DNA of 64,000 nucleotides, from contig CDROCS010001044.1 of assembly GCA_977020255.1 (NCBI GenBank), positions 806,001 through 870,000 of the forward strand, given 5' to 3'. A program made the translations under genes and the position numbers. Position 1 is the first letter of the stretch; every line of letters starts with the position of its first letter. This DNA comes from Obrimoposthia wandeli. Its lineage: Eukaryota. The notes beneath the pieces were generated by a model. The model was not told the origin of the DNA, did not search any database, and was given only the letters and a program-made list of their open reading frames with translations. Below are positions 14,501 through 28,671 of this stretch, in pieces.

Positions 14501-15819
14501 CAGGGTGTCCCATAATGACTTACCCATGTTTTTTTTAAAATTATTCAATGTTAACTTAAGATAGAATAATAAAACTCGGACCATACGTTTACATATATTT
14601 TACCAATATATTAAAATAGTCAAATCTCAAAATGGCCGCCTTTTGCTTTCACCATAGCCTGTAAACGAGTGGTCACTGATTGACAAGATCGCCGCACCAC
14701 CTCCTCATCAAACTTGCACCATGTGTTAAGAAGGGCTTCTTTTAGAGCAGCTACATTTGAGTATGATTTAGAGGAAACATTGCTCTCTAAGATAGACCAA
14801 ATAGAAAAGTCCATTGGGTTAATGTCTGGACTTGAGAGTTAATGTCTGGACTTGAGAGAGGCCATACGTTCTTGTCCCAGAATTCAGAAAAATGATCTTT
14901 ACACCATTTTTGAGTCAAATTAGACGTGTGAGCCGATGCACCATCTTGAGTAAATACATAATGCTCTCCAAATGTGCTAGTGATCCAGGGTAACACGTTT
15001 TCATTCAAAATTTTGATGTATACATTAGTGTTCACCTTAACACCTTCATCGACGAATATCAGAGGGGACTTAGACCCATCAGAAGCAACTGCAGCCCACA
15101 CCATGACTCCAGTTGGTTTCTGTCGCTTGAAATGTCTTCTGCTACCTTCGGGAAGATCTGTAGAATGACGTGCGTAAATTCTATCATTTTGCTTATTAGC
15201 AACTGCCTCCACGGTAAGGATCTTCTCATCAGACCAGATAAATTTTTTTTCGCCGGCGCGCTTCATTTCTGCTAACATAATTCTGCCCCTGTTGAGTCGT
15301 TTCTTCTTGGAAGCACCTGAAATTAACTGCCTAGATTGCTTTTTGTATGCAGTCATCAGTAAATATTTTTTAAATATCCTATGCATTGAGGATTTTGAGA
15401 TATTCATAGCTTTTGCAGTTTTTCTCATGCTCCTATGGGGATCCCTCTTGATTCGTTTCATCACAGCTTCAGCAACTCGTTTTGTACGGATTGACCTTTT
15501 TCGTCCTAGATTAGGTTTCTCGAATGTTGTAGCCTCCTCATATGTCGTTTCCAGACGTTGAAAACCGTTTTGCAACACACACCCGGCTGCTTTACTATAT
15601 CACTGTTAGAAATTCCAGCATTTTTTAATGCAACAATTTGGGCACGTTTTGTTTCTGGCGCCATATCTTATTGATAAAATTAATATAGTAAAACGAAACA
15701 ATAAGGATGTGTAGCAAATATATACTCCATGCAAAGTTAAAAATCTTGAAGATTTTGATCGAATTTATAATCGTTTTATAATATTTTTTAACATGGGTAA
15801 TTCGTTATGGAACACCCTG
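14501..15819 (-). mobile_element. Full-length IS630-Tc1-mariner element, DD37D (maT) family
   Basis: 30-bp TIRs CAGGGTGTCCCATAATGACTTACCCATGTT and CAGGGTGTTCCATAACGAATTACCCATGTT (3 mismatches); TA on the right, TG on the left; 1319 bp; WSDEK...QDGA-x-SPDINPMDF with 37 residues between the last two Asp. Confidence 0.93.
14620..15664 (-). pseudogene. DD37D transposase, two frameshifts
   Basis: ATG at 15664 (MAPETKRAQIVALKNAG, HTH-like), a frameshift near 15550, a 20-bp tandem duplication at 14818-14857, and a GGHFEI* end at 14620. Confidence 0.92.
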
Positions 15820-16134
15820 TACATAACTATTTCGAAACCAATTCTTCAGAACTTTTAATAGAAATAAAAGGATTGAAATAGGTATAAATTTCGATGGATT
15901 TGTTTTATCTCCATTCACTTTAATGGAATTCAACCGTAATTATTGACATGTTTACTATCTTAACAGCAACTGCTAATATAATTTCAAGATTTTCCTCATA
16001 TTTAAGTAGACATTTGATCATTTTTGGTTAAACAACATTTTTGGATTTCGAAGATTTCATCTGATTTGTTATAGTTATTTTTCAACTTAAACTGTATTGA
16101 TTAGGGTTATATTTTGTATTAAAATATTGAAATA

Positions 16135-16450
16135 ATGGCAAATGTGTACTTTTCATACTTCTAGATCTATCTGCAGAATTTGACACTGTTAATTATGAAA
16201 TATTATTATTATATTGGAATAAATGGAAATTAGCTGAATTGGTTTAAAATATATTTACTCGTGCGCACACAATCTGTTATAATTGGTGACAAGGTTTCAG
16301 ATTTTTAATCCTTTAAAAGTAGTGTTCCTCGGGTTTCGATTCTTGGTCCTTCCTATTTTCTATTTATACTTCGCCTATTGTAACGATTATTAAAAGCAAT
16401 CTTTATTTACACATGTAAGCTGATGACAAACAAGTTTATATTGATTTTTG
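16135..16450 (+). mobile_element. Decayed CR1/L2-type LINE reverse transcriptase fragment
   Basis: LLDLSAEFDTV, LNWFKIYL..RTQSV, VPRVSILGP and HM*ADD match the RT motifs LDLSAAFDT, GVPQGSILGP and YADD, with stops and frameshifts. Confidence 0.85.
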
Positions 16451-18109
16451 ATTCTAATGGACATGAAATCACATTTCCTGAAAATAAATCTGAGGCTATA
16501 TTACTTGAATATAAGAATAGTATAAAATGTATTAAAAAAGATTAAATTTTCAAATATGTCGATGAAAATAATTTTTAATTTAAAAAGTAAATTAAAGAAC
16601 TGGGGTTAGTTTCGATGAAAATATTACAGTTTGCTTAGTTTTGTTGTTTCGATTTACACGTAAAAGAGTATTGTATAGTAGCGGAAAAGTAGGTAGTTAG
16701 ATTGTGAACTTATGTAAGTAAATACCTGCTAAAACCGTATGCATTACTAGGTAGCAAGCAGTTAATAAAATACGCTATTATTAATAATGGATAAATTCAC
16801 CATTGCATTACATCACATTATAATTTGCCACTGTCTGACTGCATCTCCATTCGAGTTTATTTTTTCACGAAGTAATGAGAATTTTTGTTAAAATTGTCTG
16901 AGAGTGGATTTGAGGATGGTTTAATAATAGCTACAATTAATTTTCTCATTAAGTAATCTACAGATATAAAAAGGTATATTTAGAAAAAGAGTTTCAGTGG
17001 AACTCCCTAAAACCGTTTACCTAAGCAGATGCTCATCCTGTTAAACAAAAAGAAAGCGGACATTTTCATGCAGCATTGCGCTGCTGTCAACAAATTCCGA
17101 TTTAATTGTTTTGAACGTAAGGTCAACACTCTAAGCCTTAAAATAGATTTGTTATAAATGGATTTCTGGTGAAATCAGTTCACTGAAAACAACTTCTTCA
17201 ACCTTCCATAATTAAACGAACACGATTCATATGGTAAATTAACAATGGCGTGTGTAACTGCTTGAATCTCTCCACATATTCAGAGCGAGTTCTTGCGTTA
17301 TTTTCTCGAAATTGATGCATTTCAAACTCGATTCATTAAAAATGCTTTGAGTGCTAAGGGGGTTTCAAGAAGAATGACTAAATTTGAAATATGATTATAG
17401 ATCTCATGATTTGTTTGGGGGTAGTCAAAACAACTTTTGAGTGTCCATGAAATGTTTGCAGTACTCTTCTGAATAACTATGTATTTTCAATATGCTTGGT
17501 ATATTTTTATAATTACTATTAATTTTTAAATTGTGATATTGGTTTTCTTTTGTTTATGTTAGTCTTAGTAGTGTTTGTGTAATAATTACTTAATATAATA
17601 AATTAGAATGCTGGGAACCACCGCTCTTCTGCAAGCCTAACTGACATATTCGCACCGCAAACACCAGAGCCAGACAAGTTACCACACGCCTTACAAAATG
17701 CAATTACACCCGAACCACTAATATCAGAGTGAAATAACAACATAGCAGAAAATATATTGCAATTTATGGCAGCTTACAAATTAAGCGTGAATGGACAGAT
17801 GCAGAGAAAATATAAATTTTATGCGCTTATTTAAAAGTTCCTACCATCACAAAATAAAGGACTAAATTACCAACAAAAAGACAAACGGGATAATTTGGTT
17901 TAACACTTTCAAAATATGATATTAGAAGCACAATCAGAACAAAATTACCTTTACAATTTTCGATAAACAGATAATTAATAGCTGAACCAACTAATATATT
18001 TACGGTTGAATTAAGATAACCAATTTTAAAACCTTTTCCCGAAATTGCGGAAGCCCCACGAGAACGACTCCTGCTTTCTAGTATTGACATCATATTTGCT
18101 AGGATCTAT

Positions 18110-18470
18110 CTGAAGCTGTCATCCAGTTACGCGCCAAGGAAGCAGCGGAATGATATTGTGTACCTTCATTAAAGCGTTCAGCTCGAAAGCTAAGTCAGTT
18201 TTGCTCGACATCTATAACATATCCTTCAAATACGGAAATTGCGATCAGTCATGGACAAATGAGACTATCGTTCCATTACTTCAGTGAAGAAAACCGGCAA
18301 GCCAGCTCTCATCCTTCTGCCATGTCAGTCTTTCATCTGTTATAGTGAAAATGCTGGAGAGTGATCGCTTACAGACTACTATCTAGCTATGATCAGGCCA
18401 GTTTCAGCATACTAAGGAGTTAAGAAGACAATGCTCTCTGCCTTGTTTATAACATCAACGACGAAACATT
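18110..18470 (+). mobile_element. Decayed non-LTR retrotransposon fragment (RT N-terminal part)
   Basis: SVLLDIYNISF..W....IVPL..KPASS...SL.SVIVKMLE...QASF...S.ED resembles LLxIYNxS..W..IIPI.KP..S..YRPISL.S...K.LE..Q.GFR. Confidence 0.6.
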
Positions 18471-19394
18471 TTAAATCTTGGTAGTTATTATTGACAAAGA
18501 AATATTTACTTTTATATTTGAATTTAATTATTTAATTATGCGCATCATTTAGCTTAGAACGTTTTCCTGTAACCACTCTAGTTCTCCCATAAATGAATTA
18601 TAAGAATGATTTTTAATTTATGTTTTCTTCTCTTATACAAATATCTACAAAATAATAATCTAAAAATAAGGATTCGTTTGAGAATTATTAATGTCTGACT
18701 AAATGGTTTTACACAATGGGTTTAAAGTTTAATATCTAAATTTAGAAATTATTTTATTTAGCTATTTTAATAAATATTGAAGATGATTGTAAAATTTAAC
18801 AAAAAAACAGTATAAGAAAATTTTGGAATTTTACCTATTTTGTTTATCTGTATCAAACATATATAAAACAAAAGTATTTTTTAAAAGTTACCTTGATATT
18901 TATTTTCAGTTATAGAAATAAATGAAAGGATATTTAGTTATTTGCAGAGGTCATCTGATGGTATTTATTCTTTATAAATATTGCAGCAGAATACCAACCT
19001 TAATTATGTTCTGCATTTGGTGAAAGTCGTAACTCACAAACAGTAAGTAATTGGTTCAAAAAGTCTAAGTTTGGATATTGGAGCATTTATGATAAACCTT
19101 GACTAGGTCAGCTAGTGTTCTGAACTATTAATCCCTATGGAAAGCAGTCGAAACCAATACTAGATTAACCACGCATGAGTTAGGACAAATATTTGAGGTA
19201 CACAAATGAACAGTAATGCGACACTTAACTGATATAAGAAAAGTCTCTAAATTAGGAGAGTGGGTATATCATAATCTCAAAATATGATAAATTAATATGA
19301 CTATATATTTGCACATATTTTTATCTTATAAGCGTAGAAATGATTGTTTGCATATCATACTGGAGATGAAAAATGGGTTTTGTATGCTAACATT

Positions 19395-19902
19395 AAATGG
19401 AGACGTCAGTGGATTGATCGTCGACAGCTTAGGTTAAACCAAAACAACCATTGCCCCAGATGAAGATGATGTCAAATGTCTGATGGAACGTACAAGGTAT
19501 AATCTAGTGGAAATTGTTTGAGAATAATAAAACTATCAATTCATACATATTGTAACCAGGTGAAAAAAATTGTATGATAAATTAAAATTCAAACGACCAG
19601 GAATTAAAAAAAGTTTGATTTCTGCATGACTACAAGTCGCGAAAAATCCACTGGAAAATTTTAGGGTTATACTGGGAATTACTACCGCATCCACTATATA
19701 TTCTGTCATCGGATTACCATACTTTCCGATCATTGTAACATTATCTTAATGGTAAGGCATTTGATGACAAGGAAAAATCGGAATGGAACTTTTTTAATTC
19801 TTCGAATCACTGCCAGTACAATTTTACAGATATGAGATTCATCAGCTCCCAAATCGACGGCAACAAGTCATTAATACAGATGGATATTATGTATACAAAT
19901 GA
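19395..19902 (+). mobile_element. Decayed mariner (DD34D) transposase, C-terminal two thirds
   Basis: RRQW...WNVQGII.WKL...KTINS..YC.Q...KRPG...LPHP..SDYH.FRSL.HYLNGK.FDD...LP.R.Q.VI..DG.Y. Confidence 0.85.
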
Positions 19903-20555
19903 AATATTTTAATTTTTGTAATAAATTTTTTTACCAACCCAATATATATTTCGTAGTAGTTATTACTAATCATTTTAGTCATTTCTAATATTTCTTGTTT
20001 TAATGATATTGTACCCTACATACAGAAACATGTACCAGAAGAGAAGGAGTGATATAGGGGGTGTTGATGACATGCGGATTAACATTATCCTTGGCTAGCC
20101 AATTAGCATGACAAAACAGCGTTTTATTAGTCTGTTCAGTTTGCAGGGGAACAAAGAGAGACAGCTGATTTCTATGCAAGATAATACACAAAGACTTATA
20201 AATGGTAATATGCGGGAAATCTTTGGTCGATTTTTGATATTATGTATATATTATTAAGGTGTACTCATTTAGTTTGGATATACTGCCACTATAATGCGTT
20301 ATGTATGTGTTAGTTTTATTTTTATCAAATATTCGAACTAATTCGAGTTTCTCAGCATCTCATCTAAATTGACGGCTTGTTGTACTACTCGTAGTGTTGC
20401 TGTGACTGCTTTGGTGATTTTGTATAAACGTATATTCTTATCCTTTTACAGTTTCTGTAAAATTTTGCTTCTCTTTAATTACACTAATATGCCTATTTTA
20501 TAAAATAACAATGTAGAATTCCCTGATATCAATATTTGACTGTTTGTCTAACTAG

Positions 20556-20760
20556 AGATTGTGATCAAATGTTGTATGAATTAGATTCGACAATCCCACC
20601 GAACAGGATCAGAAACCTCGAGGTGGCAGTCGACAATATTATTCGAGTCCGCAGTGGCAGTGCCATTGATTCGACTCAAAACTCGGTTCTCTGTCGCCAG
20701 GTTTCCGAGCTGGAAGATAGAGTCAGTCGGTTGCAACACCACGTTATCAAAACAAACACT
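20556..20760 (+). CDS. PDE9: PDE9-like exon, coiled-coil-like segment (RQVSELEDRVSRLQHHV)
   Basis: ctaactag acceptor, gttagt donor, phase 2 to 0; part of ORF 20536..20808; similar to PDE9A LAVLEKRVEL. Confidence 0.75.
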
Positions 20761-23700
20761 GTTAGTTGTAATATGGTTGATTTCAGAATTGAACTATTAT
20801 TTAACTGATGATGTTTTTAAAAACTTCTTCATTAACTTTGAATTCAAAATAACATGCATTGCTACCAAAATTGATTTGGCATCGAAAGTTTCAAAACCAA
20901 CATCCTCTCCCTCACTAACGTATTCAAATCGTTCTTCACCGGAATTATTACATTGTTTGTCACAATACATATACCAACTTTACTTCATCAATTTATATTT
21001 TACCTTGCCATATTAATCCGGCAGTGCCCCATATTGCTTGTGAGCGATATGACAATTATATAATTTGGAGGTGGTTTTATATATAATCGAAAAAAAAAAT
21101 TAACAATGTGACGTTCTTATATAATGTTTAAAGAAAATATAAAAATGTAATTTGTTTTAATTTATTACTTTTGTATTTTTCCATTGTTCAACATAAATTT
21201 AATCATATTTTAAACTTATAACACGTGTTAAATTTCATTTTATATATCATTTTATGTAACATGAATGGTAAACTACACAGAACTGCTTAAAAAAAGTTGC
21301 AAATGTTTTGCTAAATATTGTTGAGTCAGTACAGCAAAAATTATGATATTGATGAGAACAGTAATGATTCAAATAGTGGATATGATAAAGATATGGTACA
21401 AGTTGATAAGAACATACGTGAATGAAAAGATGGAAATATCGACGTAATAAAGTCACAGTTCAAGGGATATTTTACTCTCTATTTACGATGCACAGTCGAC
21501 TGATATATGGATTTCATCAATGGAACAACTGTTAAATATGTGCAGTGTAACCACTATTACTTGTAACCAATCGGAATGGTTTTTATGATTTCCATAATTA
21601 ATTTTGTAAAAATAATCTTTGTTTGAAGTCTTGTTTAAAACGCCTAAAGTTGATTGAGAGCAAGGCTGATAAAGTTTTAAACGTACAAAATATATTTATT
21701 ATGTCATAATAACAATGAAATCATAGAAAAGTAATACAAGCAGTATATCAATAAGTGTATGTTTTTGGGTTAAGTAAACAATGTATTAATATTTGTCTGG
21801 CCATTATGTAGCCAAACACAGTTACACACAACGATGTGCACTTGATCAAACAGTAACACACACACACTGAATTCAATGGACCCAAATTTCCATTAAAGTG
21901 TTAAACTGACATCCTAATATCCAAATTCACTACCAAGGCGTCCTAAAGCATAAATATGGTCCAAATACTTTTTTCAAATTAGTTCAAGAAGCTTCATTGA
22001 CTATCAAAATTATGAAATCTCTTTTGTTCGGATATCTATATTTTCTTAAGGGTTTCAAAATCAGAGGGCAGTCCATGAGTCTAGCCTTGGTCGTGGGATT
22101 CGCTTGGGTGTTATAAAGTTTTTTTTACAGTTATATTAGACCTGACTGTTAAAATTAAGAAAATGAGAACGGAAATAAAATAAATGATATTGAAGAAGTG
22201 TTCAGAAGACAAATTTGCCTAGCGAATACATAAAAACAACGTCAGAAATCTTATTTCAAATAAATGTTTATATTTACACTGTTTTACTAAAAATTCAGTC
22301 ATATTTATAAATTTATTTTCGTTTCTATATTAAATATTTCAAAGATATATATACTACTCGCGGTTTTCCACAAAGTGGAACAAATTTAATGTATACACAA
22401 ATTCAAGCTTTATTAAAATCTAATGAACTTTCATTAACCGATCTAGTACTTGAACAATTGTGTAACAATTGGCGATACAGAATATTATGTAGATCTGCTT
22501 ACATACTATCTGAATATCACGGTATTCACTTTAACAGTATCGCAAAACGGCAGTACCTTTAGACCTAATTATTTGGGGTAATTAGTGCCAAGTTTGGACT
22601 TTGGGTGTTTGTCTTCAGGAAACATACCAAAATCGGGGTTGTATGTATGCGCATTTGTTAGTAAGGTAACTTATTGCGTACCTAAATATTTTAACTCAAA
22701 GATCCTGAGGGCAGGCTTGAAAAATTAAAAATTCAACGATTAGTGAAATTTCATTCTTTAAAATGATACTTAGTTTACAAAGATCTGATGCTCCATTCAA
22801 TAGTTATAAACTTTTAAAGATTTGAAATTTCATGTTTTAATTAACAAATAAACCTTTTTCTGAATAACATTGTATTCGTTGATCCAAAAGAATTGAACCA
22901 TACTCGATATTAAGCAATATTATTATACGTTTATTTGGAGGGTTCGGATTATCGGTTCATCCATTAAAGAGTAATTCTTAGAATATTTTTTTCGAAAAAA
23001 GTTTATTAACTCATTAAAGTAATCAGTGTTTCTATCGGGGCTCAAAATACTGTTTGGGAAAATAACATACATGAAAATAATTGATAATTTAGTGGCTTTC
23101 ATTTGTACACATTTCATTTTGTTCAGTAGTTTAAAATTTTGTAATTTTATTTAAGTTTTAAGCATACTTTTTCGTTGGAATTTTATCTAGTTAACTGAAA
23201 TGCTTTTATAATATTCGTGTAAATTTTATAAAATCTTTTTTCCCTAAATCAATGTTTAATTTAGCCTCTAAATCAAATTCTCAAAAACTAAATGATTATC
23301 ACTAATGTTAAATGTCTCTATTGGTGACTATTCTTTTTTTGGTGCAATGTTGGTTTCTTGTGCAATTATTCTATAAACATAAGAAGCAGGAAAATTTTGA
23401 AATCCACCTTGTTGGCTCTAGAAAACTGACAACATCTCCACAATTATACCATTCATGTTTGTTATATCAATGTTTTTTCCAATGTGTGTTTCATAGTCTA
23501 GTATGTTTCCTTAATATTTACGAAATAACAAATTGGAATTAATGATAATTTGTTTCCGCTATGAAGCAATTCAAAATTCAAACTATATTTTGATCTGTCT
23601 ATGAAAAGTTTCCAATCCTTGACTACGTATTTTGATCTCATAGATTCTCCCACATATCTAACATTACAACATACAAATCCTTAATATTTTTCAAAATAAG

Positions 23701-24427
23701 TTCAATTCTATTTGAGGTGCGAATAATTTTCTTTTCTTTAATTTTGAAGCTAATATTTCTACAGAAATCTCGAACAAATTCGAATCTCGAATCAAATCAT
23801 TCAATTCAGACTGCTGAAATTTCTATATTTTTGTAAAGAACTCTAAATTTAAATAATATGTTGGTATTTGTTGTGTTAGGCGAGTACCTGCTGATTTATT
23901 GTATTTTATTAGTTTAATTAAATATACTTATCGATTCATAAAAGCAAGCAATCTCATAATTTTTAATCAAAAGAAATTAATCGCACAACTCGCAACCAAA
24001 AAATCCATCGTTTCAACTACCAACGATCCACCTATCTGCATCAATCTTAACAACACTATTTCAGATCGCCGTATCATTATTAATTCACGTTCTTTTATTT
24101 TAATAAAAATTAACCTTTGAATAGTTTTTTTTATTGAAATCTGCCTTCCTTTAGCTAATGCACAGTATTATATAAATATGCTTTACTAATAATTGTTTGA
24201 TTATAATCTAAATGATCTCTTGATTAAATATGTTTATAATCCTTTTAAAAATTATATAATTTATTATTTCGAAATTTTTGAAGAAAAAAAAATAAAAAGT
24301 CATTGCATTTTTGCATTTAATTCAAAACAGATGAGATTTTTAAATCAGAGTAACGGCTGTCAGATAGTGTTACCTAATAAATATTTTTGACAATTATTTC
24401 ATCCTCAGTAAGTTTTAAGAGCTCATA

Positions 24428-24591
24428 CAGTAATTATTCACCTGTAAGGGTATTCATTAAAACATGTTTTTGAGAGAGACCGACTCCGAATCACTTATAG
24501 ATGTCACCGGGTACCCTTATAGGTGAAGCGTGAAATTTTCGGTGACCGGACACCCTTATAGGTGGGACCCCTTATAGGTGAGTAATTACTG
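24428..24591. mobile_element. 164-bp MITE with TA target duplication
   Basis: TIR CAGTAATTA(T/C)TCACCT(G/A)TAAGGG, 23 bp with 2 mismatches; TA on both sides; three internal cccttataggtg copies. Confidence 0.88.
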
Positions 24592-26727
24592 TATATCTCG
24601 ACTTCATTTAATAATAAATTGTCTACATTGAGTAAATTTATTTGCATTTAAAAAATAAGTTTTAACTACATTCATTTAGGAAATCTTAACTAACAAAACA
24701 TTTAAACAATAAAAAAATGTATAGAATTAAATTTTTGTTGTTGTATGCATACAAACTGTATCTAGGGAATTACTAGGATTTGGAATTGTAACAGTTGCTT
24801 TGAATGACCCTCATGTGTTTCATAATACAATTGTACTTTATTCCACATAATTATGTTAAAAATCTCACTAAACAGACAAACTACATTTAAATGTCAGTTT
24901 TGATTTTTTAAATATTAATAATATGTGAGCCCGTGGATGTAATTTCATCGAATGTAGCGAACGGTTAAATTAATTATTTTTTTTATTATTTCACTTTGGG
25001 GAATGCCCAGTCGACAATTCGGGATGTAAATGAGCCGCAATCCACATCGAATACTCATTTCCGCCTGGAACGTCTTTGGCCGTAATTCCAGCCATTTAGC
25101 GCATCAGTTTCTCGGTCTCAGATCCACTCGTTATTTCTCGGCGATTGCGACGCCGACTAGTTCACAAGCTTATTAACGATCTGTCACAAGACCCGACATT
25201 TCCGACAAACCACCAGTTTCCATTGAGTGATTAAAATTATAAAAGTTACATTTAATTTCCATTTCAAATTGTACAATTTATTCTTAATACTTTAACTGGA
25301 TGGAGGAGCAATTTCTGTGTTTCTCAAATTTTGTCAGATCGTAATTCCTTATTCTTACCGGACTCACTTAAGCTTAGTTCCAGCTTTCTCACCGCGCTAA
25401 TTTTCAATTGATTCACTTCACCGATCTTGTGGAGATTTAGCTTTTGATTTTAGCTTTATTGAAACATCCCAGGGTCTTCTGGCTCCCTCTACACATATTG
25501 GGAATTAAGTGAGCCAGAAGACCCACTGCCTCCTACTGACGTATTCACTGTCTAGTGGCCTGTAATAGGTTAAAATTGTATCTTCATCGAGTATTCTTAA
25601 ATAAGTCATTAAGTATGGAACCAGCTACATATGCATAATATTTTGATAAATGTAGAGTTTTTATAAACTTATCTAATTAATTATGGTTTATCTCTTTCAA
25701 TATTTTATCATTCATCGTGATGTTTTGTCCTCTTCGAAATTATTATCATCATCAGAAGTTCCCAGCTAAAAGTATTAGCAGGGAAAAGAAGTGTATCAAC
25801 TGTTTCATAGGGTTGTGGCATCATTGTCGACATAGAATTAGGATACTCAATATGTTTAGAAGCTTTCTTGTTGTAGTTCTTAGTGTTTGTCAAACAGAAA
25901 TAACAGTCTGTAAGATGGTCTTTCTGCTCTCGTCAGGTCATATGAGTAGAAGATGGCAATTTTTAAGTTTCCCTGCTGTCACATTGATAATCCGGTTGAG
26001 CATTTTGTTGCATTGGGTATGAGGAGCAAATGATTTATTTTGCTTTCCTAATTTCATCTTAAGATATGCATAAAACTGTGATTTTATGACAGTGGTGATA
26101 GGTACTCTATTTCCTTTAAATTTTGATAATTAAAAATTTTTTAAATTAAAAAAATTATTTCACAATATATTTTTAGAAAAAATTACACTCTCATTTAAAT
26201 TTAATCATATTTAAACATATTGCGTAATTTATTATTTAAACAAACGAACTAATTCCTTTATATCAAAGGAAACCTGATTTCTTCAACTTTATGACAAAGA
26301 GTTCCGTAATTTCCGAAGCTACTGTGGGAATGAATTTCATATATCCGTCCATCAGATTGAAACAATGTATTGGGCAAATCAAAAGTCTATAGAGATGGTT
26401 TTAACTATTATGCCTGTAAATTGATAAATGGTAGAAAATCTCTTAGGTTGTTAGAATTCCCTAAAGTAGACAAAATTTTGTATCTGATAACAGTTGACCC
26501 AACTAACTTTTAATATAGCTCCCAGATTAATTAACTGTAGATGAAATGACTTAAGAAAACGTTTAAAGCTATGGGAATTATTCCAAAACAGAGAAATTGG
26601 ATACCACATAATTTCAAAGAAAGATGTGTTGGAATGTGTTTATGCACCTGTGAATTTTGTACCAAATTATTACTGATAGGGAAAAATGGATTTATTATGA
26701 TAATCCCAAAAAGAAAATCATTCAATT

Positions 26728-27110
26728 AAGGTTATATTGTGTATTTGGTGGGATCAGAAGGCGTTTTGTATTATGAGCTGGGGGAACCGTGATCGCTACC
26801 GAAAACAATTATTGAATTTGACTCAAGAACTTAAGGAAATTCGTCAAAAAATACGCCAAAAGATATGACCAATTTATCTTTCAACATGCTAGAAAGAAAC
26901 ATTAGAACGGTTTCGATGGGATGCATTACTGTACGCGTCGTATTTAACAGACATTACTCCATCATATTTATGTTTATTTAAATCGATGTACTTAAATTCT
27001 TATGAAGATATCAAAATTTGGTTTAATGACTGAATCGCTTCAAAAGAACCAGATTTTTTATTATGTGAAATCCATTTATTACCTGAAAAGTTGGGAATTT
27101 TTTGTAAAAA
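26728..27110 (+). mobile_element. Decayed mariner transposase fragment
   Basis: KVILCIWWDQKGVLYYEL...DRYRKQL.NL...; W.AL.YA.Y..DI.PS..LFKSM; SYEDIK.W..D.IASKEPDFF. Confidence 0.85.
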
Positions 27111-28280
27111 TATTGTTCTTTTATTTTAATATTATTAATGTTATAGCTTATTTTAAAAAAGGCCAAAACTTATTCAAGTAGTTCGACTTCATACTGATTT
27201 TGCTCATGGTTAGTCTAATGATCTAATCTAATCCCCATAAATTCCCTGCGGAATTATTTTGATCGAAATCTATTCGAAACAAGTTGAATTAGTTGTCAAA
27301 ATTAGGCACAAGCTGCTGACAATTAGAATTTTCTGCTTATGAAATAATCAGAAATTTAAAAAATATAACAACATTTTTAATAGTAAAAAAAATTATATTC
27401 AGATTTTTTTATATAAAAATATTAATTTTTTAAAGTATACTCAATTTATAAGTTTTTATAATGCATATAAATAGCTTTCTGTTTTTTTAACATATTATAT
27501 TTTGCTGTTATTTTTAAAAAATTAATGTCATATCTAAATAAAGAAAGTATTTTGTTCTATTTAAATCAAAATGTGATTACATTTTAATGTTCGGCGTCGA
27601 TAGCCGTAATATTTTTTTAAATTTATGGATTTTTTCTACCAAAGTTAAATTTAAAAAAAAAATCACCATCCGTCTATCAAATATGTTTCAATAGTCAATC
27701 CTATTAAATCTCATTTAATTTTTTTAAAATTTGTTTAAAGATATTAAAATAAGATTTTCGTAAAATTACTAAAAGAAATCAATTCAATTTATTACAATCA
27801 ATTTTCTTCACGAAATCATATTTTCGTACAACATGCATTGACAGGCATCAAGTATTTGGTAGTCAATATTATTTGTAGTAATTTGAAATTCTTTTAAAAT
27901 TTATAATTTTTCAATTATTCATTTTATAATTAATATATTTATAAAGTAAGATTTATTATAATTAAGATTTTCCATTTGTGTTTATTCTTTTGAAAGTATT
28001 TAATTAATAAAACCATAAATAACACTGCGTAACAAATAATAACATTTCCCCCTTTAATTACGAATCATGTAACTAGTCTAAACGCATATACGAAATAGAA
28101 TATTTACTTATAACAATTAATTATTGGGTGTTATCTTTTACAAAAAAATGAAAAACTTGTACTGGTTTCTAATAGAACTATTTCAGTTAGCTATTTAGGA
28201 AGATACAAATAACTTACGAAGTCATTTAACTGAAAGATAGTCTAAAGTTTAGAATAATAATTTTAAATAATTATGTAATA

Positions 28281-28388
28281 TTAAATAATATTTCAAATTG
28301 AATTAAGAAACAATAATTAAATAATATTTCAAATTGAATTAAGAAACAATAATTAAATAATATTTCAAATTGAATTAAGAAACAATAA
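28281..28388. repeat. 36-bp perfect tandem repeat x3
   Basis: ttaaataatatttcaaattgaattaagaaacaataa at 28281, 28317 and 28353. Confidence 0.97.
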
Positions 28389-28671
28389 TTAATTAATAAT
28401 TAATAATTAAGTAATTAAATAACTATTTCATTTATAAATTAATTAATCATATTAAACTACGAATAGCAAACGTTGTCAAAATGAAATACGCATAAAGAAT
28501 TATATTTACTATAGATCTCCAAATAAACGGAAGTTGTTTAAAAAAACGAAATGAAGGCAGTTTTTTGAATCTTAAATAAATCTTAGTTTCGTAAATTATT
28601 ATTTCACTAACACTATTAATCAATAATTTATGTTTTCAGATTAAATAAATATATTAGTTAAACAACCCATC

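Noticed and set aside
20022-20100. Possible extra PDE exon (tacag|A AAC ATG...KRRSDIGG)
   Set aside because: The entry phase fits but no phase-2 donor occurs before the stop, and the flanking exons already join in frame.
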